In this document: piece after piece, positions 1 to 15,079 of the stretch | How the letters are laid out: the number at the start of each line of letters is the position of its first letter | Position numbering within the stretch: the stretch's first letter is position 1 | Origin: Amoebidium appalachense | Lineage: Eukaryota > Protista > Ichthyosporea | DNA length: 64,000 nucleotides | Direction of reading: 5' to 3' | Assembly (NCBI GenBank): GCA_963693365.1 | Contig: CAVNZM010000005.1 | Coordinates: 6,455,167-6,519,166 of the forward strand | Made by a program: the position numbers and the translations under genes | The notes under the pieces: model-generated | What the model was told of the DNA's origin: nothing | The model's input: the letters and a program-made list of their open reading frames with translations, nothing else | Database searches by the model: none

Positions 1-197
1 CCTCACGTGATTTGTGCAAGGGTAAACTAACAGGGGTAGGGGTAACTTTTAGTATGCAGTTCTGAGCAGAAGGGAAACCTGGAATAGAATAATGCTGGTG
101 GCGGTGGTGATGGGGTTTTATTTTTTTTGCTATCGGGAGCAAACTAACTAAACGTGACACATGCAAGGGTATCCTAACAGGGAGGGGTAACTCTTAG

Positions 198-711
198 GGC
201 CAACGACAATCAGCTGTTTGTGGCGGCCGCTTCGCCAGCTCGCGACACGACGGCATCATACCACGCATGGGGACATTCCACAGTCGTTGATCCCTGGTAT
301 GTGATTGGCTGAAATTTTATCGCTGTTTGCTGATTGGCATTGTAGGACTCAGTGAAATCGAGGGGGAGGGGTGGGGGGTAGGGGGGGGGGAGGGGGGGGG
401 ATGGTGTGTGTGTGTGTGTGTGTAGGTTTTGTTTTTGATAACTATTCGGGGGGTTATGTGTGTATGTGTATGTGTGGCGGGTAGGGGAGGGAGGGCAATA
501 CACATGTGTTGAAACGCTCACCCTAGGCACGGGAGTGTGTATGGCACATGCTTGCTACTCGACCATTCACTCATTCATCAGTTTTCCACTCATTACCACC
601 CTGTGTTCACAATGCGTATCTACAATGTCCTATGAAGCCGCTAGTTCCATGCATGCTCTTCCTCCTCCTCCTCTTCTTCTTCTTTCTTTCTTTCTTTCTT
701 TTTTTTTTTTT

Positions 712-758
<47 letters not shown>

Positions 759-1154
759 ATGGTTGACACAGCTCGAGGTAACCAACTAAACTTGCGTACA
801 CATCACGCTAGGCATGCATACGCTCTTTTCTCACTGCAACAAGTATTCCCACACGCTTATAGACCATGCACGTGACTTTGCCCCTCCCCCTCCCCCCTCC
901 CCCCTCCCCCCACCCACCCATCCTCACCCACCCACCCCCCCTCCGCCCCCTCTCAACCCCACCCCATTGGCTAATTTTGCGGAAATATTTCCATATATGG
1001 CAGGGGCACGGTGCTGTCGACCACTGAGCATGAGCCATCGATCGTGTATGCTACGATCGATCTGGATCGGGTGGACGAGGTTCGATCCTCCATCCCAATC
1101 ACAAAACAGCGCAGGCACGATTTGTACATGTCCCCTGCACCTGTTGCAAAATAA
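198..1154 (+). CDS. NIT2: Omega-amidase / nitrilase-family protein, last two exons (198-296, 1004-1154); 5' part lies outside the window
   Basis: Spliced translation [33 protein letters not shown]|[41 protein letters not shown]...* matches the NIT2 C-terminal signature ([24 protein letters not shown]). Canonical tag| and |gtatgt, cag| splice sites. Not in the ORF track. Confidence 0.88.
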
Positions 1155-1260
1155 TCAGTTTGTAAATTGATTATGGGTTTCTGCGATTTGAAATATCAAT
1201 TTCGGTGGGGTGCTGATACGAACAGTGTATGTAAACCTCGAGTTTGGTTGTTATTCCACC

Positions 1261-1445
<185 letters not shown>

Positions 1446-1648
1446 GTGGCTTTTTTGCTTTATTTGATGGCAGTGGTTGTTTTGTGTTTGTGAATGTGCT
1501 GACCCTGAAACACAACGGATGCTACAGTTTCATTGTTTTCCCAGGCCTCCCTTTTTTTATCACTGTATTTTCCCTGTCGAGTAGGAATATCGAGCTATGT
1601 TCATGTACAAAGTGTTTTTTTCTTGTGTTTTTATTCCATACCTATGCC

Positions 1649-1685
<37 letters not shown>

Positions 1686-1914
1686 GTAAATGATTTCATT
1701 GACATGTGTGTAGTTAAAAAACACTCGAACCACAGCTGAATAGCCTGTAATTTGCTGTAACAGTTCCACTACAATAAATTTCAAGTGCCGGTCCTGGACC
1801 CGCTACGCTCATGATATTTGTGATGGAATTTACCATATATATATATGTTTACAAGGCATGTACGATGACTGTTTTAAATGGCTAACTGCCGCACACCCAC
1901 ATGCACGTGATGTT

Positions 1915-1995
<81 letters not shown>

Positions 1996-2168
1996 TCCTC
2001 CTCCTCCTCCTCCAGTGCTTCATGAGGATGTGCTCAGCTTCATTGAATCATGATTTGGATTGTGCGTACATGTACATGTGGTACGTAATTAGCAAACCAT
2101 GCCATCTCCTCACCACACATGCAATGGTTATCAGGCCCATCATTTTATGCCTATATATGAGCGTGTCT

Positions 2169-2206
<38 letters not shown>

Positions 2207-2854
2207 GCTAGGGGCTGGGCAGGGGGGGGGGGAGGAGGGGGGGAGGGGGGGGAAGAGGGAGATGCATATCTGGACAATGGCGATGCTGTTTATTATCAGC
2301 ATATACAAGTGAGGCAGTGATAAGTTTTTTTGTCGGAACCAGGCCAACAGTACTTCCACCCAACAAGATAGATATGAAGATAACGTCACTACAGGATATG
2401 AATCATGCATATGCGTGAACCTGATACAGATATCTTTGCCCCCCTATTTTCAACTCTTCTTTCTTCATTTTCTTTTTTCTTTTCTTTTTTCTTTTTTTTT
2501 TTTTTGATCCCTTTAAACTTCAGTGCAAGTTTTATAATGCAAGGCTCCGGAGCTCAGTCAAAACATTCTTTGAATAAGGCATTCATTATCGAGTGCACAG
2601 ACGCATTTGCCTGGTCCAGGAGAAATCTATTTTTGTTTTCTGTTTCCGAGTAACATGCTACGTTTCTATTTTCCCATCCCCCCCCCCCCCCCCCCCCCCC
2701 CCCTACCTGCCCGTGTTGCTCAAGATGGACACAACAATAGGCCCGGTACCGCAATCGTAACAAAAAAAAAAAAAAAAAAAAAAAAGTACATTCAGTGATG
2801 CATTTTTACAGGATGATCACGAGTAGGTAGCATCCATCATTCATCAACAACCCT

Positions 2855-2914
<60 letters not shown>

Positions 2915-3755
2915 GGGGGGTTGAGTCCAATGCATGGCATATGTGACCCTGGATTTCAAGTGATTGTGTGGGCTTCAACCTTTAGTATATTTGCCATAAT
3001 GGGTTATTTGTGCTACAGCGCTTGCTGCATGTCTTCATGTACCAGGTGTGTGTGTGTGTGTGTGCATGTGTGCATGCATGCATGTGTGCGCGCGCGCGTG
3101 TGTGTGAGTGTGTGTGTGCGTAGGGAGGGGGGGGGGGGGGGGGGGGGGGGTAGCTGAAATATTTAGCTTATGTCAAGTTTTATTTTCGGTTGCGCATGGG
3201 CATGCCATACACCAATATGGTGCAACTATTTGTGTGAAATGTATTTAACGGAGCAGTAGGCAGATGAACGTATAGGAAAGAAGTGTGTGTGTACATGTGT
3301 GTGTGTGTGTGTCTGCGTGTGTTTGTGTGTTTGTGTGTGTGAGTGGGGGGGGGGGGGGGGGGGGGGGGGGGAGGGGGGGGGGAGGGAGGGGGGGGGGGGA
3401 GGGGGGAGACATTGAAACCTGAACAACAGAGAGAAGTCATACTGACAATCCATGAAGTGCGATTAATGTGAGGGCGGGGAGTCACGTATCAGACGGGCCA
3501 AAAGGGGTGGGTGGGAGGAGGAGGAGGAGGAGGGGAGGGGGGGGGGCGGGTGGGGGAGGGGGAGAGAGGGAAGGGAGGGAGAATATATCAATGGATTCCC
3601 TGAGACGTGGGCAGGGGAGGGGAAGGAAGGGGGTGGCTTGCCAATTAGGTGTGACGAGCTTTTCTTTTTCCCTTATTGTCTATCATTTTCTTCTGGTTTC
3701 TTTGTGTGTGTGTGTGTGTGAATGTAATGGTTGTGGTGGTGGTGGTAGTGGTAGT

Positions 3756-3822
<67 letters not shown>

Positions 3823-3961
3823 GCGCGCATGTGTCTATGCGCACGCGCGTGCATGTGAACCGAAAAGGGAAACGGGACTCTGTGGAGAAATGGGGCACGG
3901 GCGGTGGTCTAAGAAGGGGGTGAAGGGGGTGGTCTTTGCAATGGGTTGAAGCCAGGGAAAA

Positions 3962-3995
<34 letters not shown>

Positions 3996-4028
3996 GGCAC
4001 CATCACATGCCATAGGCAGCCTTGAATT

Positions 4029-6322
<2,294 letters not shown>

Positions 6323-7106
6323 GGTATCAAACTCAGGAAAACTCAGGGAAAGCGCTCAGACAGGACCCTTTTGGATGATCGAAGTTACTTGTTTGGCCGA
6401 ATCAGTACACAGTTACCGCAGGTTGGTTATTGCAGGTGCTTAGAAAGAAAACTTGAGCTACCTTTGTGTGGAGTTGAGTTCGATTGAATGAAAAGCACAC
6501 AAATGGAGATTGTGCATGGATGGCTTGTTGATGTTCGCGTTTCTTTGTTTTTCGGAGAATAATTCCCACAATACAGAAAACCCATGCAGATGCGTGATAA
6601 GGTGTTAAGTGCTTTGTGGAAAAAGCTTGCACGTCCTTACTGTGCCCATGGCCTATGTATACGATCAAAAGGATGTTGGCTGAGTCTAATTATCACGGCG
6701 TTCCTAGGTTCAAGTTAGAAAACGATTGAAACCGGGTTTTTGCCATGGTTTTCTTTTTGACAGTGTCAAAAGATCTATGCACCACAAATTGATTGGATAA
6801 ATAGAATTTGCTATATTCAATATTATTGGCTCATTTACTAATCATTTATTTTGAATAGATCTTGCGATCGCACCTGGCGTTGTGGCCAGCATAAATATAT
6901 ATGGCCAGGGGTATGTGTGCGCGCAGTAGTACCAGGGGGGAGGGGTGGGGGGGGAGGGGGGGGGGGAAGAAGGGGGGCCTGCTTGTGGCACAAGTGTAAC
7001 AGGTCGAGTGCAACGGTGGCTCACACACACAGTCCATATCAACACACTACAAACGTAAATTTCGAGAAGATTAGTGATAAGCCGCCGGCAAGATCGAGCC
7101 TCTTAA

Positions 7107-8582
7107 GGGCCTGTTTGGCAACGCGGGTTAGTGTAATCTGGATTTCGGGGGATATCTGGATATCAAAATCGAGATCCAGATTATGCTGCAGAATCCGGAT
7201 CTCAGCCGAAACCTGGGTTAAGCCGGGTAGATAACCCATGGATGCCAAACAGCCCACGTACGATTTCGGGTTAGATTTGCTCTGCAGCTGTCACGCTGTT
7301 CATCACCGGTCGGTGACTTGCAATTGCAGACCCGCTACACATATACACCATAGTGATAAGCAGTAATAAACCACGAAAGTGCTGAGTTGTATACGGTTTT
7401 ATTTGAGACACTCACCATGTATGCAGCCCGGAACATAGCCGTTTTGGCTGCGATTGCAGCCTTGACCTATAGCCCAGAGCTCAAAGAGCCCTGTCGTACT
7501 TCCCCGCTCAGTGGTAGAGAGTATGTGCAAGAACTGCTTGGCACAGCTCACGAGACAAGGGTGAACGATGTCCTACGCGTGAGTCCATATGTTGCAAGGG
7601 AGTTAATTGAGAAGTTGGCTCCATTCATTGAAGAGAGTGATAACATGGACGCTCAGGAAGTTACCTGCATGATGCTGTATACCCTTGGGCAGGGTGTTGC
7701 AGTCAGGAACGTTGCCGAACGTTTCCAACACAGCACCGAGACCGTGAGCCGGTATGTAGTGCTATGACTCCTGCCCTGTTGAATTATGTTATTGGCTGTG
7801 TGTTTGCAGCATTTGTCTGTGCTTGTTAAACAACAATGCTCCGAATGGGTTGTGTTCCACTGTCCAGGGTGCACGTGCGCGTGCACTGTCTCAAGGTTTT
7901 GCTGTTGTTTTCAATGAAGCTTATATGTAGGAATGTGGAAAATAATCAGACATCATTGTGTGCTGCAGGCGTTTTCGAGAAGGCATCGATGCCACGCTTG
8001 CTGCTCTCGGGGAAGAATACATGATTCAACCCGATGAGTCATATATGGTGCCTAGTTGGGTGCGTGAAAACCCTGAGTTTTGGCCTTACTTCCGTATTGT
8101 TCTCGGGGCAGTTGATGGCACTCTTGTTCCGTGCAAGGTCAAACCGGAGGCTGCTGATCGGTATCGGTGCAGGAAAGGTTTCACAGCACAAAATGTATTG
8201 GGTGCATGCGACTGGGAAGCATATTCCACATATTGTTTGCCCGGTGGGGAGGGATGTGGTGCAGACAACACAGTGTTGAACTGTGCCCTCGAGCAGCCCC
8301 CTCCACAAAATTTACGTGTGCCGACGGGGAAAGTTTACCTGGGTGACCAGGGCTACCCGAACACAAACGAAATTTTGGCACCCTACAGAGGAGTCCGCTA
8401 TCATCTGAAGGAGTACGGGACGGGAGCAATGGCGTATTTAGCCCCCCCCCCCCCCCCCCCCCCCCCCTCCCCCCCCCCTCCCCCCTCCCCCCAAAAAAAG
8501 AAGGCCCCTCGACCCATCACTCCCTCCCTACATCTGTAAAAAAGTGTGCTTTTCCTGTTTCCTTTTGATCCTCACACACACA

Positions 8583-8652
<70 letters not shown>

Positions 8653-9644
8653 CACATGCACAGAGAGAGTGGATAGGGAGAGAAAAAGAGAGATAGATAG
8701 TTTACACATCCAACCTGAAGGTCGTGCGCGCATGCACAAACACCTACACAGACTCACGTGTACAAATACGCACACACACATGCGTCCGCGTGTGCCCGCA
8801 CGGGTCATGCCCGCGTGCACACACTAAACGAACATGCACACACACAAACAGCCACGCGCACACACACACTGTCATATTGATGTTGAAGAGTCTGGTGTTG
8901 TCTATTCATGTGTCGTGTTCTAGTCCTCAGAATGCGAAGGAGTTATTCAACCTGAGGCATGCCAAGGCGCGGGTGGTCATTGAGCGGTTCTATGGTATGC
9001 TGAAAAACCGCTTTCAGATACTCCAGAAAGCCACCAACTACTGTCCTAAGATGCTCTCGAAGATCATTCTTGTGTGCTTTCTACTTATGAACTTTATAAA
9101 AAAGCACAACGCGGAGGAGCATGGCCACTACTCAGACGAAGAGCAGCACAACTTGCCTACACGTGGTAAGTCTTTGGTTGCATTTGGTTTTGTTTCTCTT
9201 CCTCTACCAGTTTTTCAGTTATTTTTGTTTTTATTTTGTTCTCTGGTTTTGTGGTGGGCAACGGGTCAAGATGGGTTGGAGTGTGCGTCTGCACGTTTTT
9301 TTGATGTGGTTTTTGTGGTGTGACTGATATTGCTCGAGTTGGGATGGAGTGTGCCTCTGAGCGGCGGCAGCGTTGTTGGTGTGTGTGGGGAGCCAGGGGA
9401 AAGGAGGGGGTGGGTAGGGGGATGATTTATAAGACTGTATGCTTGATGTAAAGGCCTTGATGTTTTTTAACTCTGTGTTAGGCAGGGGCAACCAAAACCA
9501 ACAAGAAGACGAGGCAGAGGCAGATGCCAGAAGAGATCAAATTGCTGCAGCTATGTGGGTTGACTACACGAGCAGGGCACAGGGTGCCTGGTGAATAGTA
9601 AATGAGCACTGAATCGTGCAGTGACATGTGTCCGTCCCGTCCCC

Positions 9645-9681
<37 letters not shown>

Positions 9682-10250
9682 AAAGAAAGATAGTAGGTAA
9701 AAGAAAAGAAAAAAACTGCACACACACACACCTTTCTGCACATGATGTTGCAAAGGTCATTCTGAGTACTTTTGTATTCCTACTAATGCTGCACCAGGCG
9801 GCGAGGCCGAACACTAAAACAATGATTTCAAACGGTGATCACTACATCATACTCACTTCTACACGTAAAAGATGTTTCTTGCACTATCCCCCCGCCCACA
9901 CCATAACAAAAAAGAGAAAGAAATTGGCGCCCTTTCAACAATCCTTTTTTGGCCACTTCAAACTATCGACGATTGGTGCAAAAGGACACCATATATAGTT
10001 CCATAAAATGAACATTCATTGGGTCGGACATTCAGGACCTGAAAGGATTTCGCGCTAATCCACCTCCCGAGGTGGATTAGTGGAATCCAGATTACGGCCA
10101 TGTCCGAGGGGTTTGAAACCCAGATTTACGTGACCGGATCTGGCCGTCTGTTTGGCAGCGGCTGGATTTTGAGATTTGGATTTAGCGCTAAACCCAAAAT
10201 CGCCCGTAATCCGGATTTAGGACCCTAAACCCGGGTTGCCAAACAGGCCC
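7107..10250 (+). mobile_element. PIF/Harbinger DNA transposon, 3144 bp
   Basis: TIRs GGGCCTGTTTGGCAAC(G/C)CGGGTT at 7107 and ...AACCCGGGTTGCCAAACAGGCCC ending at 10250. TSD TAA at 7104-7106 and 10251-10253. Subterminal (T)CCGGAT/CTGGAT motifs. Contains a DDE transposase. Confidence 0.93.
7417..9594 (+). CDS. Harbinger/PIF DDE transposase, 4 exons (7417-7751, 7969-8433, 8924-9165, 9482-9594)
   Basis: In-frame splicing yields HTH ERFQHSTETVSR, GAVDGT, RCRKGFTAQNVLGACD, YLGDQGY, PYRGVRYHLKEY, ELFNLRHAKARVVIERFYGMLKNRF and C-terminal RDQIAAAMW, all canonical PIF motifs with no stops. Confidence 0.9.
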
Positions 10251-10253
10251 TAA

Positions 10254-10828
10254 GGGGTCACCCGCAAGTTGCATATATTTATATATATTCATATATATTC
10301 ATATATATTCATATATATTTACGCCATATATTTACATATATTTACATATATTCATATATATTCATATATATTTTCATATATCTGCATATAACCTGAAATA
10401 TCTCGTACATCGTAGAAATAGTTGGAAATACTGGGATATATAAGCAAATCACGTTCAAGAGTGGCAGAGGCTGTGCCACTCTCGACCACGATATGAGATC
10501 AGGAGTCGGCGCGCGGATCGGAACGATTACGCATCTTATGTTTGATTGGTCCGATAGTGAACGTGTATGGCACAGGCTGTGCGACTCTCGATCGATACAG
10601 CCAAGCGCGCGGATCGGAATGATTACTTATCTGATGTTTGATTGGTTCGATATTGAACGTATGTGACGGTGTATGGAGTGGTGTGTGGCACAGGCTGTGC
10701 CATTCTCGATCACGTGTACATATATTCATATATATTCATACAAATTCATATATATTTATATATATTTACATATATCATCATATATATTCTTATATATTCA
10801 TATATATTTACCGGTTGCGGGTGACCCC
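10254..10828. mobile_element. MITE-like element, about 575 bp
   Basis: TIRs GGGGTCACCCGCAA / TTGCGGGTGACCCC. Subterminal (ATATATTCAT)-type arrays at both ends and an internal ~90-bp direct repeat (10509 and 10605). Flanks TAA and TCA (imperfect TSD). Confidence 0.72.
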
Positions 10829-11178
10829 TCACTTATGTTGATGCATCCGAAATGTACTCTGATCGGAGAACTTAGCGGCCATAAGTACTCTGACCGCAGT
10901 ACTTTAGGAATGCTTGTTTCGGAAGGATACCGCGAGCTATTGGGGCCCAGGAGCCCGCTTTTTTTTGTACAGCCAGTAAGAAAACATAAGTTTACACCTT
11001 TTTTGTCTTTGGTACGGTAACTAACAAGGCCTTCCCTAGCTTTTATTGGTTGCCGACGCTGTTGCAAGTTTTTGAATTCATGCTCGACAACAACATGATT
11101 CATGATCAAACGGACGAAACTTGCTGAGTCCGCGAACACAACAAGCCATGGGTTTCATGTGAAAGATGAGCGCCCAAC

Positions 11179-12829
11179 ATGGCCAAAACATTAGACCCAA
11201 TAGAGTCACTTTATTCTGGAGCTCGTGTCTGTTGTTTTGCATACATATTTGACGGGGTTCAGGGGGAAGATTTCACAGATGACACCACACGTTGGTCTTA
11301 CAAGAAGTTCGGCCTGAGTTGGGACACACAAATACTGGTTGGCACAGTAGTGAAACGATGCAAGACAAACGAAGGCAGTGAATGGAAAGTAAAGTTTGAT
11401 TTTGACGGTACCACAGAAGTAGTTCTGCGCCATCAGCTAACTTTAATAGATGAAGAAGACAGTGAACACACAAGTAGCGAGCTAGAGAGTGATAGTGACG
11501 AAGATCCAGATGGAGACATCCAACAAGTAGAGATTCCTGTCACAGACAGTGAGAATGAAGATGAGATAGAACTTGTAGATGAACAAGTAGAGTTACCTAC
11601 CCCCACCGACCCCACGTGCACCTTGCAATGGACCATTCCAGATGAGCAAGTACTTGACAAAAGAACAGGCCCACGCAGAAAACCAACCATTCCACTAGCA
11701 CTAAACAAGCGCAAGAGTGTTCTGTGTTTGTTTGAACACTTCATGCCTATGGAGTATCTCTTCACAGCAGTCATTCCACTCACAAACGAAGTAGGTCGTG
11801 CACGTTACAAAAATTGGGTTGACTTAACCCCGGGTGAGCTACTTAGGTGGTTGGGTATGTGGATTTACATGGCTGGAACATTCGAACCCGGTTAGGATGG
11901 CAAGCAAACCGTACCGACAGTTGGGAGCTGGAACAGGCACCACCTTGCGTCTTCTAACCCCAAGGGCCAACCCCACCCACCGTAACCCCAGAACGATCGT
12001 CGGAGACAGCTGGTTTGGGTCAGTAACCGGGACAAGGGAAGTGTACAAAATCGGATTCTACGCACTTTTCAATGTCAAAACCGCAACCAGAGACTTTCCC
12101 CTCAACATGTTGGACCTTCTATGTGAGGAAGGACGTGGTGTATGGTCGGAGGCAGTGTGCAGTGTGGACGGAGTAGACCTCGTTGCGGTGTTATGGAGAA
12201 ACAAGAACTACAGTATGAAAGTGATCACCTCATGTTCAAGTACTCAGCCGGGTCAACCGAGAAAATCACGAAACGGAAATGACGTCCCCCAACCGAAAGC
12301 AGTCGAAGAATACTTCGAAAACTACAACATGGCCGATATATTCAACAAAACACGAATGTTAAACGGCTCTGTGGACGAAGCCTTGGGCACTAAACGTCAC
12401 CAACTCCGCACCTTTGGGGGGCTTCTGGGGTTTGTAGTAGCAAACGTACACTTTGCATACAGATACTTTGGCAAATCCACAAACACGAGCATGGACACAA
12501 GGCGTGAGCTAGCAGAAGCACTCATATGCAACCCCCACCTGCCTGCACTAGAATACCCCCTTCCCCCTGCTGCTCCTGCCCCCCATGCTCTACACGGACA
12601 CCAGCGTGCCAGAAAAGAAAGAAAAGGTAGATGCGTTCTCTGCTTTAGGAACAAAGGGGAACGCCACCAGACACATACCTACTGCATCAAGTGTAATGTG
12701 TTTCTCTGCAATGATCAAACACGTGCATGCTTCGAAAACCACATCACACATGGTGTTCCTCCACGCACACGCACCCAAGTCAACACAAACACAGGCCCGG
12801 TACGATCACGCAGAAACACTACACGTTAA
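11179..12829 (+). pseudogene. piggyBac-like transposase, internally deleted and frameshifted (ORFs 11179-11895 and ~11895-12829)
   Basis: Acidic N-terminal linker, LFEHFMP...TNE...W.DLT..EL.RWLGM, TIVGDSWFGSV (D-x-W-F), Y...YNMAD, and a C-terminal cysteine-rich domain RCVLC...THTYCIKCNVFLC...CFENH. The segment carrying the first catalytic Asp (VDE) is missing at the junction near 11890. Element ends are not resolved. Confidence 0.8.
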
Positions 12830-13819
12830 AGTACCTTCTGCCCACTGGTCAGTTTCTGTACATTGCGCAACACTCATTTGTCGTTTTCGGATTAGGGGTG
12901 ATTTGTTTGGTTTTTATTCGTTTCTTCGAAACTGTTTGTGGTAACTAGATGCTAAAAGGGTTATTTGAAGTGTGTGTACCGAAAAAAACGAATTTGAAAG
13001 CTGATGTCAATGTTTCTCAAACGAAAAATGCACCTGTGGTGCAAAAGCAACAACGTGAACGTTTAAAGTATGCATCTTTGGCACGCATTTGTAACAAGTT
13101 TGACGTTTTTCTTGGCTCAGGCCTATGGCCTCCCGGTGCCAGAACCCGTAAAGTGCAAAATAAGCCATACCAACAAGCATTCCGAGAAATTATTGTAGTC
13201 ATGGGGTGCGCAAACACTACAAAGTTCTCCGTAAATTGAAGCTCAAAATCGTTGAATGCCTACCATTACTTACTAAGCCACTACCCCGCCAAGAATTTTT
13301 CTACGGTTTTTTTGTGATGTGCTTGTTCCCTGTCACGTTAGGGTAAAATGGTGAGAAAAAGAGAGTAACACGTGCAAAACTGACCCTGCGCCAGGCGTTT
13401 TTATATGATGACGTCATACAGTACTCTGGTTGGAGCATTTATCGATTCAGGTCGGATCAATGTGGCTCGTTCGACAAGTTGCGCGCGATCCTTATACAAG
13501 TATGTAGTGGTAAAAACACGAAACTCAGAAGGAAAAACTGCACACCGACGTTCATGACAACCTAACGGTCACGTAGACACCAAGAACACGTAGGTTTGTT
13601 TCTGATAACTGCTTCATATTGCGCTGCGGACTTGGCGTTGCCAGCGAAAAACTGGAAGAAAAAAAAAGAAAAAAAAGAAAAAAAAGAAAAAATAAAGAAA
13701 AGAAGACTGGACTTTCTGGACGAATTTTTGGCTACGTGCCAAATACCGTCTCCCCACGGTGCTCTACACCATATAGTAATTAGTAGCAAATAAAGAAATT
13801 AGTGTGGGCATGCTAGTCA

Positions 13820-14110
13820 CAAAATTTCAAGGCTTTTTGTTGTGTTTTCATCGAGTTCACTATGTAGCGTTCTGTACAGGGCCACTAGAAATGTGGATCC
13901 GCATTCGGGCGGAATCGAGCCTGACTGGGGCTGTCCGGACAAATTCTGGGTTTTGTAAAATGGTCGCCCAAAGGAGCGCGGGCCCTTCAAGAAGTAGTAG
14001 AAAGCAAAAAGCAGTGTGGTAGCTTGCCCGGGGCAAAGTTTGAAGGCTTTATGCTGTCTTTTTATCGAGTCCACTATGTAGCGTTTTCCAGCGGCCCGTT
14101 CACCCGCTCT
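13820..14110. repeat. Diverged ~215-bp-period direct repeat, probably a DNA-transposon remnant
   Basis: CAAAATTTCAAGGCTTT...ATCGAGTTCACTATGTAGCGTT (~13820) versus CAAAGTTTGAAGGCTTT...ATCGAGTCCACTATGTAGCGTT (~14034). Confidence 0.55.
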
Positions 14111-14247
14111 GGAGGGATCCTGGGCCAACTTTGATCTGGCGACATGACGAGGAATGCGGAAAAAACACGATACCCCTTGTTGGTTGGCAAGCGCTGGCAC
14201 CCTCTTTTAGATACATGCACTAACTTTATTGTTGATGATTTGATAGA

Positions 14248-15024
14248 CCCGCTCTTCCGGCTACACGCATCCCCGCCGGATTCGCCCCTGTACCTCTTCC
14301 CTTCCCCATCGTCTCTGCCCATTGCCGAGCGCTATGTGGAATGGCTGGCGACCCCCCCGGAGGTACGGCTAGATCATAGTGTGAATATGAATAGTTTCAA
14401 GTCTATGGCTGATAGATATCTTTTTACTCTACGTGTTGAGTCCCTTCCGGTGTTAGGACCGCACAAACACCAACTACTAGTAGCCTATATGGCGGATACG
14501 GTTAGAGAGTCTCGTTCATACATAGATTCGTTTATTCGTAATGTGGTGTGGTGTAAAAACGCAAAGATGATTATGGCTTGGCGGTGTAATCGGTTTCTGG
14601 TGTCTCCTGCTCGTATGTGTAATATGTGTGGGGGGCGGTTTACTCGCGGCTGCATATCTATCAATAAATGCAACCTGTTAGCTAATGTATTAGAACCGGA
14701 GGTTATTGGCGGTTTTATTCTCTTTTCTTCATCTCTTCCTCAATATATCCGTTTTAAGATGACTATCCTAGATCACCTTATTAATGCTGCACAGTATGAT
14801 ATTGTGATCCGGTGCCTTAACTTTCTGTCGGAGCTACCGATGCTAGCATCTGCTTACCCATAATATGTAATAGGGGTGTCAGATCCTACGATGGCGCTCA
14901 TTGTTGCCTAGCATGTACATATGTCACTGGCTGCATTTGATTGGCTGTGCTGGAAAACGCAGTAGGCCGTCGAATGTGGCTGGGCCTCCGGCAATGTCCA
15001 CGCAATAAAAAGTGTGTAAACCCC
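14248..15024 (+). mobile_element. 3' fragment of a second, divergent LINE family (B) nested in LINE A copy 1
   Basis: Flanked by duplicated GATAGA (14242-14247, 15025-15030). Encodes WRCNRF...C..C...FTRGCI..C.LL...TILDHLIN...YD..IRCL, homologous to the family A ORF2 C-terminus (WRSNKY...CP...FNRSCI.KC.LI...NILDFILN...YD.FIRCI). Stop at 14863. Ends in GTAAACCCC. Confidence 0.82.
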
Positions 15025-15079
15025 GATAGATCTCGGTGATTATGCTGGCGGTGGTAGAAAGGAATATCCCGATGCTCTC

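Noticed and set aside
1917-1992. Very long C homopolymer (and similar G/C runs) as G-quadruplex or regulatory elements
   Set aside because: Such runs are ubiquitous in the window, their lengths may be unreliable in sequencing, and there is no locus-specific evidence.
14144-14863. 239-aa ORF as a standalone gene or LINE ORF1
   Set aside because: It is a chance fusion of flanking DNA, about 38 bp of LINE A ORF2 and the C-terminus of LINE B ORF2.
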